Below are positions 23,346 to 35,221 of a DNA stretch of 64,000 nucleotides, in pieces. The stretch spans positions 1,054,001 through 1,118,000 of the forward strand of contig MU063601.1 in NCBI GenBank assembly GCA_013265495.1, given 5' to 3'. The notes beneath the pieces are model-generated. The model ran no database searches. It saw nothing but the letters and a program-made list of their open reading frames with translations, and was not told the origin of the DNA. The stretch is from Vicugna vicugna. Taxonomy: Eukaryota. A program made the translations under genes and the position numbers. The stretch's first letter is position 1, and each line of letters starts with the position of its first letter.

Positions 23346-25038
23346 GGAGAGCTGGTTATTGATGTTCTACTGGCTGATGTGCAGGAGTCAGGGAAGGGGA
23401 GGGAGTGAGGAAGGGACTAGAGGGGGACTGGTCACTTGGCACCTGCTCACAGGTGAGGACCGGCTCTCATTCCCTCCTCATCACAGCTCTGAGTGAGAGG
23501 CCAGTCTTGACCTATTTTTCAGACGAGGAAACAGGCTCAGCCAGGTTAAGCCCAAAGTCCTAGAGCTGGTGACTGTCAGCAACCAGGAGAGGAACCTGGG
23601 CTGGCCTGGCTCCAAAGTCACCCTCCTTCTTGGATCTACGTGGATGGTTCCAGGTTCCTCCTGTGACCCACTGGGCCTCCTCCATACCCAATGCAGCCCG
23701 GCCCTCCCCCACTCCCTCCTGACCCCTCCCCACTCCTGTTGTGGCCTCAGCTCTGGTCCTGTGAGTCTCCTGGGCCCTCAGGCTCCCAGACATCCCCTTC
23801 GCCCTCCATCTCTTTCCCCACCTCCCCTCCCCCTGCGTCCACCTTGTTTGCTCTCTGTCTTGTCCCCCCACCATGGACACATAGAAGCCCCTTGGGGTCC
23901 CCCCGCCCCTCACAGGGTCATCTTGGGGAGTGGGGGGGCCTTGGGAACAGAGACCCATGCCTTTCCTGGCCTCACCTCTTACTGGTGTACGAAGGTAAGA
24001 AGGAAAGTGAAGAAAGAGGCCAAAACACTTGACTCAGAATGAAGCACGCTTGTGCCAAATGGCTATCAGCGCTCTTACGGTGGAATATGTTTTGTTTAAT
24101 ACCTTGATCTCTAGTCTGCGAGAAAAATGAATTCTGTCAAATCTCTTGAAGCCAGCTGTCAAAATAAAGCATTTTGGGGGAGACAGATCTCTTACTCTGA
24201 TGGCAAAATTCATTTGAAATGATTCTCTAATCCAGTCTCCTTGCAAAAACTGCAGCTGAAATTTAAAAACATGTTCACCCTAAACGGTTTTCCCCACTTC
24301 TCACACCTGCCTTCCCTCCCAGCACCCCATCCTCCATCTCTTTACAAAATAATGCAGCAGAGAATTGCCTCTGGCATAATGATACCCTCTTTTGGTTTCT
24401 CCTAACAATATTTTAGGGGGAAAATGGCAAAGCACAAAACCTGTCTCTCTGACTTGGGGAAGGAGGCACCGGCTGACAAAGGCTCCAGCAGCCCAGCGGA
24501 CTGACTGCACATGGGGCAGGCAGGCGTTTGGACCTGCCAGCAGGATGGAGAGGCGAGGGGATGCCGGGGAGGACAGCGGTGCCTCATTCCTGCCGGAGCA
24601 AAGGGGCTGCTGCTTTTTCTCAAATCCTTGCTCTGCACCCTGCATTTCTCTTCTCCATTTGTGCCCCTCCCAGAACCTCACCATGTATTTGGGCCCAGCA
24701 CTTCCAAATTTACAAAATACTTCATTTATTCATTTGTTCGTGCATTCATTCATATTGTTCACACTGTGGTAATTGGAGCTCACTATGGGTCACGATCTGT
24801 ATGAAGCTCTGGGGACACAAAGACCTGCAAAACACAGCCTCTGCCCCCAGGATTCCCGGGTTTGAAAGGGAAGAGGAGTATAGTCAAATGGCCGTCACCC
24901 TTATGAGGGGTGTGCCAGCGCACAGTAGATGCTTCTGTCAGTTAGAATGTTGTGGCAAGCAGGTAACAGGAATTCAACAACAGGCTGGCTCAGGCAATTA
25001 AGACATGAAATGCTCTCCCATAACCAGATATTTTAGAG

Positions 25039-25406
25039 CAGGGTTTGGCATCTATGGGCCATGGGCCACTTTGGTTCCCTGGCTGCTTTTGTGTGTCCCA
25101 CGAGCTAAGGGTGGTTTTTACAGATGAACATTTACAATCAATCTGATGACAGGGAAAACTAACTTTGATCTCCAGGTCAGTAACCCTTTGAAAAAGAATG
25201 CTGTTGTTCTCATTAATAAATCTGTGTTATTAAAAATTGCACTTGAGTATTATAATTTGAATTTCATCCATGAAATATTTGTGGAAATCCATTTTCTCTC
25301 TTATTAAATACTTACATAATATCCTCATTTTGGCCTCTTGATCTTGGCTTACGAAGCCTAAATCATTTACTGTCTTTCCTTCCATAGAAAATATTTGCTG
25401 ACTGTT
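25039..25406. mobile_element. MER58-like hAT-Charlie DNA transposon
   Basis: Starts cagggtttggca; ends ...acgaagcctaaatcatttactgtct...catagaaaatatttgctgac, the reverse of the MER58 start. Confidence 0.8.
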
Positions 25407-25429
25407 CTCCAAGGAGGTGGTTTTAGCTT

Positions 25430-25855
25430 GGTCAGATGCTTAGGGATGTCAACAAAGACCTTTTTCCTCTTTACCAACCTTAACTATGTTGGCTTTTTGT
25501 TCTTAGCTTTTTGCTTCTGGTTACAAGGTGGCTGCCACAGCTCCAAACATCATGTGCTCTCGTGACAGTATTTGAATCAGAAAGAAAGGGGGTGAAGGAG
25601 GGACAGAAAAGAACACTTCTTGGAGGCAGCTCTCTCCTTATGAGAAGATTTTTACTCACACCTCAATGGCGAGATCTGGGTCACAATCTCACACCTAAAA
25701 CAATCTCTAGAGAAAGGGGCTCGGGTGCTAGGCTTGGCTTCAACTCTAGGTGGGGGCCACCAGGCTTGAGCCTATTACTGCAGAACAAACCCAGGGTTCT
25801 GTGCGTGAAGGAAAGAGGGGTGGGCTGCTGGGCGGGCAGCCGTGAGTGTCCACCA
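25430..25855. mobile_element. MaLR LTR (MLT1J-like)
   Basis: ggttacaaggtggctgccacagctccaaacatcatg...ctgggtcacaat...aaacccagggttctg. Confidence 0.7.
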
Positions 25856-27024
25856 CCTTCTCATCAGTGCTTGTGACTGAGTGTCCCAGGCCGTGTGGGG
25901 TCTGGGCTGGTGGCCAAGCCTGAGCCCTGGGGGCAGAAAGCCCTGCTCTGAGCCTCTGTCCCATGCCAGCTGTGTGATCAGGGAAGTACGGGACCCACCA
26001 GAGGCACAGCCCCCTCCCCTGGGAGAGGGGACATAACAGCACCTGCCGCGTAGGGCGCTTGTGAAAGTGACGTGGGGTCATGTGAGTGCAGGCACCAGGC
26101 CCAAGGGGGTGTTAGCAGCTGGTGGCCATTGCAGCGATTAGCCCCATGTGTAAAATGGGCCTGTGTGCCTCCTCTGTCACAGCCCCAGGGTGACGACAGC
26201 GGGAGCATCAGTTCACACAGGTGAACACTTCCTGCCAGTGCTGGGCGCCCTTCACCCACTCTCGCTCCCTGAGTCCTCACAGCCACCCCGTGAGGAGGGA
26301 GCTGTGCTCACCCCCACTTTACAACTGAGGAAACTGAGGCTCAAGGGGTGACCCCAGGTTGAGTGAGGGCAGATGGGGCTCCAGGATTGTCAGGTTCCAG
26401 CCACCGTGCTCTGAACCCCTGCAGGGCCCTGGGTGGAGCCACAGGCAGGTGATCAGGTAACCACTCCCTGCTGACTGTCACCTGTCCAGGCTGGTGGCTG
26501 GGGCTGACCTTACCCTGAACCCACTCTCTGTCCCTCCCGGAGCTCCAGGACCCCAGGACCTGCCTGTGGTGCAGGGAGATTTGCCCACCATCCCTGCTGC
26601 CCCTCCTCCCCAGGATGATGAATGAACATGTTCTGTGTCCTGGATGGTGGGACACATGACTGTCACTGTGTCTTGGTGGTGAACTGGCACCTTGCATTCT
26701 GGGGGAAACAACAGACACTTGTGCAGAACATAAGCATATGCTAATGATGGATAATTAGCCTCCATATTTATAGATTTATCAAAATATGCAAAGCCACTTC
26801 TGACAATTATATACCTACAGCACATCACATTTAATAACCACATACGGGGCTCCTGGCCAGCACCATGACACAAGCTTGGGTACCAAATGTGAAACGAAAC
26901 GCTCAGCCCAGCCCTGGAATGGGCCTTGGCTGTCACCCCTGCTGGCCCCCGAGTCGGACCAGCACCCACTCCCACCATTTCCAGTCTTCATGGTCCTCTC
27001 ATTTCCCAGAGAGGTGGCCTAGTC

Positions 27025-27050
27025 TGTGTGTGTGTGTGTGTGTGTGTGTG
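27025..27050. repeat. (TG)13 microsatellite
   Basis: Read directly from the sequence. Confidence 0.97.
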
Positions 27051-28019
27051 GGGGGACCCGGGCAGAGGGGGCAGTACTGATGAGGGCTTGGAGGAGGAGG
27101 GAGGGGCTCACTTGAAGGACCTGTGACAAGCTGTGGCTGGGGTGGTGTGAGGAGCCCGGGGAAGAGAAGCTTCATTAAGGAGGGGGTCAAGGAGCAGCTT
27201 CTCTCTGTCCCCCACACCCCTACAGTGGAGCTGAGGGAATGAAGCCCCAACTCCCAGGCTCTTGGCAGAGGCTGAGAACTGGGTGCTGGTCCCAGAGATA
27301 AGTGGCAAAGCCAAGACTTAAATCCAGGCCTGTCCCCTTGGACTCCCAATGTTAGCATTTTTATGTCCAATGACTATAACTGATAGTTACACTTTAATAG
27401 TCTGATTCCAACATTCAGTGAACGCGGCCTCTGGGACTGTAAGATGTCCCACAGGCGGGACAGGCAGCTCCCCACCCTCAACCTGAGCCTCCCTGAGGCT
27501 CTAAGTCACCCCTCTTTCCTTTTTAAATCCCGTCCAAACCACCCGAGGCCTCTCCCTTCTCCGGGGCCCACTCCAGACTTTCTGGGTTTCTGGCTGTCAC
27601 AAAATGTGATCAGCTATGACAATGACAATTAGAACAATTGTGCCTGATGAGAAACTCCCACTAGATTTAGGACCCCCAGTGAGTCACACCTCTGGAGCCA
27701 AGGTGACCACCAGACACCCGGCTGTGCCTGAAAGTCTCCACCCAGCAGGCAGCGTGGCCACAGTGGCAAAGTGACAGTGTCCCTTTTGAGCAGTGCTGCC
27801 CACAGCGCCTGGGCCCCTGCAGGGAGCCCACCCAGGCCCTGTGGGTTCCAGTATCTCCCCTTCCTTACTCTGCACCCCCACTCTCTCCCCTCCTGCTCGC
27901 AGGACCGCATCTCACTGCTGATCTCTGGGGCTCTCCTGGGGGTTCTGCTGCATCTGATCCCAGACCCTGACGGAGGAGGCGCCATCCCTGTGAGTGGTCC
28001 TGAGCTCCAGACAATGATT

Positions 28020-28640
28020 AGGCACAGGCTTTGGTCAAGCCTGGTTCCAGTCTGGGTTCTGCCACTTCCTGGCTGTGAGACCTTGGGACAGTTGCTTAAC
28101 CTCTCTGGGCTCAGTGCCCTCCTGTGTGAGTTGAAGATAATAATGGTTTCTGCCTTATGGGCTGGAGGCCAGACTTAGATATGATGATACAGTCATAGGC
28201 TCAGGGATCACAGTAAACACTCTATGGGTGAGGGCTGTTATTATTATTATTATTGCTAATGTTGCATCATGGCCGGTGATTTCTTTGGCTCCAAGGGCAT
28301 GAGGGTGAGCAGCTCCTCCCGCCCCTGGAGGACACTGACCCTGCTCGGGCTTCTCACCACTGGAGCATTGAGACAATCCCACAGATCCAGGCTCAGATTC
28401 AGCCTCCAGCCCTTACTCCCTGTGTGACTTGGGCTAGTGGCTTACCCTCTGTGAGCCTCATCAGTTGTCCTCTCTGTAAAATGGGTACAGTAACACTGAC
28501 TACATAGGGTTACTGTGAGGATTGGATGAGGAGGGTATGTTTGCTGGAGGCAGGTTCCTAGGCTCAAATCATGTGAGGGTATGACCTTGGGCAAACTCCT
28601 CCTGGTCTCTGTGCCTTAGATCCTCAGCTGTGAAGCAGTA
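28020..28640 (+). mobile_element. three successive MIR copies
   Basis: MIR cores at about 28020-28255 (ctctgccacttcctggctgtgagaccttggg, tattattatt tail), 28375-28535 and 28545-28640. Confidence 0.75.
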
Positions 28641-29104
28641 TTCGCTTCCGCGGAAGCTTTTATTATGCCAGGCCCCGAGGGAGTGACGGCGTTGAGGGCC
28701 CTCTAAAGATCCCCCTTCCTGCCACCACTGCATTCAGGGATGAGAGACTGAGGCCAAGAGACACTAAATTAAACGTTTGAGAACAAGACAGTATATGACT
28801 GTGCTAAATTATGCAGGGCAGACAATTAGAGAACAAAACCGTCTGTGATAAAGGGCTAATGGGGCGGGACAGACGCTCAGAGCACCGGGAGCCAGAGACG
28901 CAGCCGGGGACAGGGATGGCCGCGCCGGCGGGCCCCAGCACTCTCCGTAATAACACTTGGAAAGTGCAGACATTAATATAAAAGAGTATATAAATCACTG
29001 ACAGCTCACCCCCCCAAAGAGAGCAGTTTTTACTACTAACAACCTTTCTTCTTTCCTTTTTCTTTTCATATACAAGTATGTATTTTCATAATTGATTTCA
29101 CATT

Positions 29105-29510
29105 GGTGTGACTGTCAGGATAAGCTAGGGTATGATGCAGTAACAAACAACCCTCTGAAACAACCAAGGCTATTCTCAAGGCTATTTGTGTCATGTGCCC
29201 ACTATGGTTAACGGGGAGGGCATTGCTTGTCACAGGTCCCAGGGACACTCACTGATGGAGGCTCTGTCTTCTCAGGATGTCAGCATCTCCCCCACGTGCT
29301 TCTCAGCTGTGGTGGGGAGGATCGAGTGGGAGAGTTGAGCTCCGACCCTGGAAAAGGCACTCCCCGCCTCCATTCATGTTTCCTTGACCAAAGCAAGTCT
29401 CAAGGGGACCTCTGACATGAAGGTGACAGGGACATGCTGTTCCCAGTTGCAGGGAGCAAGGAGCAGCTCAGGAGAGCTGGGTCTTGGTGAACCCCTGCTG
29501 TGCCCTCCAC
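29105..29510. mobile_element. MaLR LTR (MLT1I/J-like)
   Basis: caggataagctagggtatgatgcagtaacaaacaacc...ttccttgaccaaagcaagtc. Confidence 0.75.
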
Positions 29511-29889
29511 GCACTGCACACACACATTTGGGTCTTTCTTACCTGACACTCCAGTCTGACCAGTTCTCTGTCTCTTCACATATTCTTGGAAATAGTCTGT
29601 TTGATTAATGTTCCTACTGAACTCCCACTTTTGAAATGTGAACGGTTTCATCTTTTTAACTGTCATAAATAATACTACAGTGGATATCTTTATTTTTTAA
29701 TCTTCCTCCAAATTTCTATTTTGTTAGAAGAGATTCCTGTAAGAAGATGTTGGGTAAAATAGTATGAAGTTTTAAAAATGAATAATGCCTAGTATGTATG
29801 GAGTGGATAATTCTTAAGTCCTTTTAGTCTGACTTTCTTGTAACCCCAGATCTGCTATGTTCTCCCCTTCTCCAGACTCCCACCTGGCT

Positions 29890-30700
29890 TCATCACCATC
29901 ATGCCTGGGCCGCCGCAGTGGTCTCCTGCCTGGACCCTTCCTTGCTCCACTCCTGTCACTCTCCCCACAGCAGCCAGGTGACCCAGTGAGACAGGGCAGA
30001 TCTGTCCCTGCTCTGGGTGCCCCACAGCTCCTGCCTCACTGGGACACAGTCCATGTTGACAGTGACCCCGGGCCCTTCATCTTCCCCACTGCCTCCCATC
30101 CCATTCCTCATCAGTCACTCCCCTCCAGCCCTACATCCTTCCTGGACCAGGAGCCCTGGGCTTGTTCCTCCTCACGGCCTGGCCTTGCCCTTCCCTCCAG
30201 CTGGAGCCTCTTCCTGTGTCTGCCTGGCTCCCTTCCTCCCCTTCTTCAAGGCTTTGCCCCAGTGTCACCTGCTCTGACAGTGAATCCCTGGGCAGTCTCG
30301 CTCTGCCCACCTGTGCAGCCTCAGCACCTGCCAAGTGCCCCTCATTCAAGATGGCCCAGTCACACAGGCCTTTCTTCCACCACTTGAACCTCAGAGCCTT
30401 TGCACCTGTTGCTTCCTCTGCCTGGAGCATCCTCCATGGCATCTCACCTGGCTGACTCCTATTTGTCCATCAGGTCTCAGCCTAGAAGTTCTGCTCCCTC
30501 CAGGAAGCCCACCTGACCTTTGCCTGGCAGGGTAGTTCCCCGGAGGGCCTCATCTTGTTATAGCTGATTTGTTATGTAATTATTGCTTTAATTTCAGTTT
30601 CAGTTGGAAACCCTGAAGGGCACGGACCGTGTCTGCCCTAGTCACCCTGCACCCTGGCACCTTGCTCCGGACTTGGTACAGAGCAGGTGCTTAATTATAT
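29890..30700 (+). mobile_element. L2 fragments (two adjacent pieces)
   Basis: actctccccacagcagccagg...agagcctttgcacctgttgcttcctctgcctgg...ctccaggaagccc...cagagcaggtgcttaat. Confidence 0.8.
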
Positions 30701-31449
30701 TGGGGACCCGGCCTGTCTAGGGGCTTGCTGTTAGCACTGAGAGGCAACAGACCCCTGTGGGGAGAGGGAAGGGATGACAGGGCAGGGGACGTGGGCCAGT
30801 GTGGGACAAGCCATGCGAGTGCTGAAGGATGAGGACAGGGGCTGCCTGCTCTGCTCACAGCTGCTGAACCGCCAGGACGGATGGAACCAGAATCCACAGC
30901 CCTCCGCAGACGAGGCCCTGCCTGTGCTGGTTAGTGGGCAGTCCTGAGTAGTCGGTCATGACCCCTCCCACCGGGCACATATCTTAGGTGAGAGTGAGGC
31001 GGGTGCATTAGGAAGTGAGCAGAACGCCTCCTTAGTCACAATACGATTTGGTTAAATGACTCGCTCACATCATTTTCCTGGGATCACCCTCCGGCTCCTC
31101 GGCTGCCTTTCTTCTCCCCATCTTTCCTCCCCTCACGATGCTGTATCACTTCTTTCACTCTTCTCTTTGCTTACCTACAGGCCAGCAGAACAAGAAAGGA
31201 GGGCGCACAGCTGACTGTGGAGCCCCTTTTGCTGGAACCAAAGAAACCATTTTGCAAATAGCACGAAACGATTAGAAATTAGAACAGTATTTACATCAGT
31301 TACAGCTGGAGAGGGACGGAAAGATGGTCTAGGGGTCAGGGCTGAGGTGGAGACCTCCCCTTGGTAATGGGGGCAGCATGGGGGTGGCACTGGATGGGAG
31401 CCACAACTGGGCCTTAGTGAGCCCTGTGGGCTCCACCCAGAACCTCTGT

Positions 31450-31565
31450 ATGTGTGGACAGGTGTGCAGATACATGTAGCACACACCAGACACACACACA
31501 GACACACATACAAACATATCCCATGTACACACACGCACACAGGTACATTCTCTCCCACATGCACA
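31450..31565. repeat. CA-rich low-complexity tract
   Basis: acacaccagacacacacacagacacacatacaaac...acacacgcacac. Confidence 0.85.
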
Positions 31566-31719
31566 CACCCAACCGGATCTAGTCCATTCTTCTCCTTAGA
31601 TTTCTCTTAAGTCACCTGTTTTTTTTGTGTGTGTGTGTGTGCCCACTGCCATGACCTTGTGTGATCTCCATCAGCTCTCACCTGCACCCTGCGATATCCT
31701 TGTCTTCACTACTCCCTGG

Positions 31720-32220
31720 CCACAATCATTCATGTATTCATTCATCACATGTTTGTCCAGCCCCTCCTGTATGCCAGGTGCTGTCTGGGCCCTTGGGAGA
31801 TGGCAGTGTTTCATGAAGCTCACATCCCACCACAGCCTGCTGCCCTCAAGCCTCTGGCCACTCCACAGACCCCAGCTGACACTCAGGCCCATCTCCCACC
31901 ACTTCCCTCCCACCCTCTGGGCCCTGGTCACTCTGCACTCTCATTCCTCTGGGCCTTTGCACCTGCTGTTCCAGCTGTGTAGAACACCATTCCAGCCTGG
32001 TATCAACTTGCCCAGCCGGCTTCAGTGTCTCTGCCTCAGAAGAGCATCTCTGACTACCCCTTGTCCCAGACTGGTCACTTCCTCTTCTCTGTGCCCTTCC
32101 ATTGCCTAGCTCCTTACCCCATCAGTCCCCTGGTCTCTGTTCTCAGTGTCTAACATGCAACTGCCTCCTCCCTCAGACTATGAGCTCCTGGAGGGCAGGG
32201 CTGGATCTGGTTCACTCTTG
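31720..32220. mobile_element. L2 fragments (short minus-strand end, then a plus-strand piece)
   Basis: cattcatgtattcattcatc...gtatgccaggtgctg (minus strand); gggcctttgcacctgctgttcc...agactatgagctcctggagggcaggg (plus strand). Confidence 0.8.
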
Positions 32221-32559
32221 GGGCATAAATCAGAAAGAAGGTGGTTGCCAAGTGGGTCCCTCCCCTGTTCCTTGGCTCCTGCTTTGCTCTTCCTTCCCCC
32301 CAAGCTTTTACCTTAGAATCCTCCCCAGGCCTCCGGGCTCCACCCACTCTGACCCCGCCCCCACCGGTAAGTGCATCCAGGCGTTGCTCAGCGGGGTCCC
32401 TGCATTTGGAGACTGGGCTCCCCAAAGCCATTTGGACCTGAGAGAGGAAACCAGTGATGGAATTTCAGGCACGACAGGAAGAACATTTTTAGGAACTGGG
32501 AAGGAAGTTCTTTCCAGTTTTTTTAATGTCGCCGTGTGGGTTATCCGTTGCTTTACTTT

Positions 32560-33410
32560 CCTCTGAGTTTGCTCCAATGCCTCTCGGGTGCTATTGGTGG
32601 GCTTCCTGGGGGCAAGGCCCAGGAAAGTTTGGGGCTCCCTAAGACTGCGGAGGTCCCAGGAGTTTCTAACCCCCACACTAGTCCACACTCAGCCTCCAGC
32701 AATTTATCACAGTTGCACTGAAGCGTTCCCACCAGATTATGGTGACAAAGATTCTCTCCTGGACCAAACTCTACCCAAGCTTCTCTGAACTCTTTTCTCA
32801 ACTGGGCCCTGACTTGCGGGCTTCCGTTTTCTCCTCTGCATTCTCCAGTTTTAGCAAGAGTCCTGCTAAGTCAGTTTAACCAGCCACCCTCGACCTCTGG
32901 TCACCCTCCCTCTCTGATCGGGTCCCTCATCCTCCACTGTTCCCCTTGTGATGTCTGATCACCCAGGTTGTCTTCAGCAAGAATCTTGTTAAGTTAGCTT
33001 AGCCAGAATCCTCTCTTACCCCTGATGTTTCCTCTTAGTCATTTTCCATCCACTGACCCCCCACCCTGTTCCTTGGTTATAAATTCCTGCTTTTTCTTGT
33101 TAGATTTGGGGTTGAGCCCAGTCTCTCTCTCCCCTACTACAAAACCTCGTTGTTACAGCAACCCATCCCCCGGAATAAAGTCTGCCTAATTATTTTTTAA
33201 TGAATGTCATGAATCAGTTTTTCCTTTGGCTCTGGTGGGTCTTGCTGTGACACTCTTCATGTCCCCGTCTCTCCAGATTTTGGAGTGGTAGTTAGCCCTG
33301 CAATCTCAGTTCTCTGATGAGTCCAAGAAAAGTCACTGGTTTTCAGTGTTCCAGTTTTTCTTGTTATAAGGACAGGAGAAACAATTTTCAGACCGAAACC
33401 AGAGGTCTGT
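32560..33410 (-). mobile_element. old L1 (L1MC/MD-like 5' region) interrupted by an LTR
   Basis: ccagcaatttatcacagttgc...[LTR]...gtctctccagattttggagtggtag...ctcagttctctgatgagtccaagaaaagtc. The right arm is the reverse complement of the L1 segment at about 39450-39600. Confidence 0.65.
32743..33230 (+). mobile_element. ERV1-class solo LTR (MER4-group-like)
   Basis: Starts tgacaaagattctctcct. Duplicated U3 motif YtagcaagaRtcYtgYtaagtYagYttaRccag, TATAAA at 33078-33083 and AATAAA at 33174-33179. Confidence 0.85.
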
Positions 33411-33831
33411 CCAGTTGCACTTGGAATAAAATTCAACCTCTTTACTGAGTCCCCATCTGATCTAACCCCTGCCTACTGTGATGAGCACTCTTGGGGCCAA
33501 TGAATGACAATTCTGTTCTCCACTCGAGTTTGGAAGAAATCGAAACAAAGACACAGGAGTCAGGCAGATTTTAAAAATCCCTTTAAATACTGGTAAAGGT
33601 GATTGGAGAACACAGCACAGGGGAGGAGTGACGATGAGGTGCTAACACTCCATTGAATTGAATATACTCCCCCTAAACAGCAGCCTTCCCCACCAGGGGC
33701 CCACGCATTAAGCTGACCATGTGGCTGAAGGTGGGCAGGAAGGCCCTGGGTGAGTGAGGAGTGAAGGAATGCCACAGTGAGTTCATGGGAAACCACGGGG
33801 AATACTGTTACTGTCACTCCCCAAATGATGG

Positions 33832-34060
33832 TACAGGATGGTGGTTAAGGATGTGGGCTCTGGCATCTGAAAACCTGAGTTCAAATCCAGCCTCTGATAT
33901 TTACTAGCTCTTGGATCTTAAATTCATTAATGAACCTTTCTAGGACTCATGAATTAACATCTGTAAAATGGGGTTATTGATATGTATCCTGTGGGCTTGA
34001 TCGGAAGATGAAGTTAGTCAACACAAACCAAGGGCTTAGAATAGTAACAAACAGCCCTCA
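33832..34060 (+). mobile_element. MIR SINE
   Basis: gtggttaaggatgtgggctctggc...acctgagttcaaatccagcctctg...catctgtaaaatgggg. Confidence 0.85.
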
Positions 34061-34369
34061 AGTCATACTGAGTCTCAGTGAGTCAGCTCCACTGTCTTTT
34101 TATCTTTCATCTTTGGACACCAGAAGCCTGCTTTGCCTCAGGGCCTTTGCATTTGCTGTTCTTTCTTTCAGGAATGCTCTGTCCCACATTTCGCATGGGT
34201 GCTCTTCTCACCATTCATGTCTCAGCACCAATACCACCTGCTCCAAGAGGCCCTCCCTGGACACCAAGACAAAGATACCTGTGTCAGCTCTCTATTACTA
34301 CATCCCAATGAAGCCAGTGAACATTTGAGCCTTCAGGGAATAGCTTCTTCCTGCTACTGAAAGATGAGC

Positions 34370-34660
34370 CAAGGCCTAGTGCAGGTGTCAGAAAATCCAG
34401 TGCACGCTGGCTTAAACCATCAAGATAGAGGTGGGTTGGGTCTCAGGTACAGACTGATCCAGCATCTCAGCTCATTGGTGACTCAGGGGTGTCAGAGCTG
34501 GGTACTGTGCATGGGAAAAACTGAGTCCTGAGGAGCTTCCTGGTCTCTCTTCATAGAGCTGGGGCCTAATCTTCTGCTTCATACTGAGTGGCTCCCTCCC
34601 ATTAATCCCGAGAGGTAGAATTGGAGGCCCGTCCCCACATGTCCCTGATCCTCCTTCTGG
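34370..34660. mobile_element. MaLR LTR remnant (MLT1K-like)
   Basis: gtgtcagaaaatccagtgcacgctggcttaaac...tcaggtacagactgatccag. Confidence 0.55.
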
Positions 34661-35017
34661 TTTCCCTCACCCTCAGGTGTGGTGGCCGGGCAACCTCTCC
34701 AGCCTCATGTGCCCCGTCCTCACCTCCTCTCTTCCCCACCTCAGGCTCCAGTCACACTGAACCCTAGGAGGTCCGCGGTCGTGACACATGAACATCACAT
34801 AGATTATTCCAGGTGCTGAGCTGAGGACTTTACATGCGCCATCGCATTCATCCATGCAACACATCTCTGATGTTTTCTATGTGCCACACACTTGTCACAC
34901 ACTTTCCACACGCTTAGGAGAGAATCACAAACACAGACTCTCTCTTGATCTCCTGGAGCTTCCAATTTCCCTGGGGGAAAATGACATCAGCCAAAGAAGA
35001 AAGAAAAAGATTACAGA

Positions 35018-35221
35018 GGGGAGAATACAGTTCAGTGGTTAGAGCACATGCTTAGCATGCACGAGGTTCTGGGTTCAATCCCCAGTACCTCCACTAAAAT
35101 AACTAACTAACTAAATTAAAAAACCTAATCACCTCCATCCTCCAAAAAAAAAAAAAAAAAGAGGCAAAAACCAAAACAAAACAAACCCCAACAAACAAAA
35201 TAAATAAAATATTAAAAAAAG
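35018..35221 (+). mobile_element. tRNA-derived camelid-type SINE (Vic-1-like) with A-rich tail
   Basis: ggggagaatacagttcagtggttagagcacatgcttagcatgcacgaggttctgggttcaatccccagtacctcc carries Pol III A and B boxes. It has an A17 run and an A-rich tail, with a flanking duplication aaaaag(a)ttacaga at 35004-35017 and about 35216-35228. Confidence 0.92.

Noticed and set aside
23916-23994. Possible 79-nt exon ending in GAAG|GTAAGA
   Set aside because: The donor is good but the acceptor is weak and the content uninformative. It is not supportable without RNA data.
28850-28970. CpG island
   Set aside because: The CpG cluster is only about 100 bp. No island-length CpG-rich region exists in the window.
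32728-33239. 9-bp inverted match (cccaccaga / tctggtggg) flanking the LTR as transposon TIRs
   Set aside because: It is short and not exactly terminal, and the interior is an LTR with TATA and AATAAA. Probably chance.
35018-35095. tRNA gene (also 51380-51450)
   Set aside because: A and B boxes are present, but the sequence continues into a SINE body and A-tail with a TSD and lacks a proper acceptor stem.
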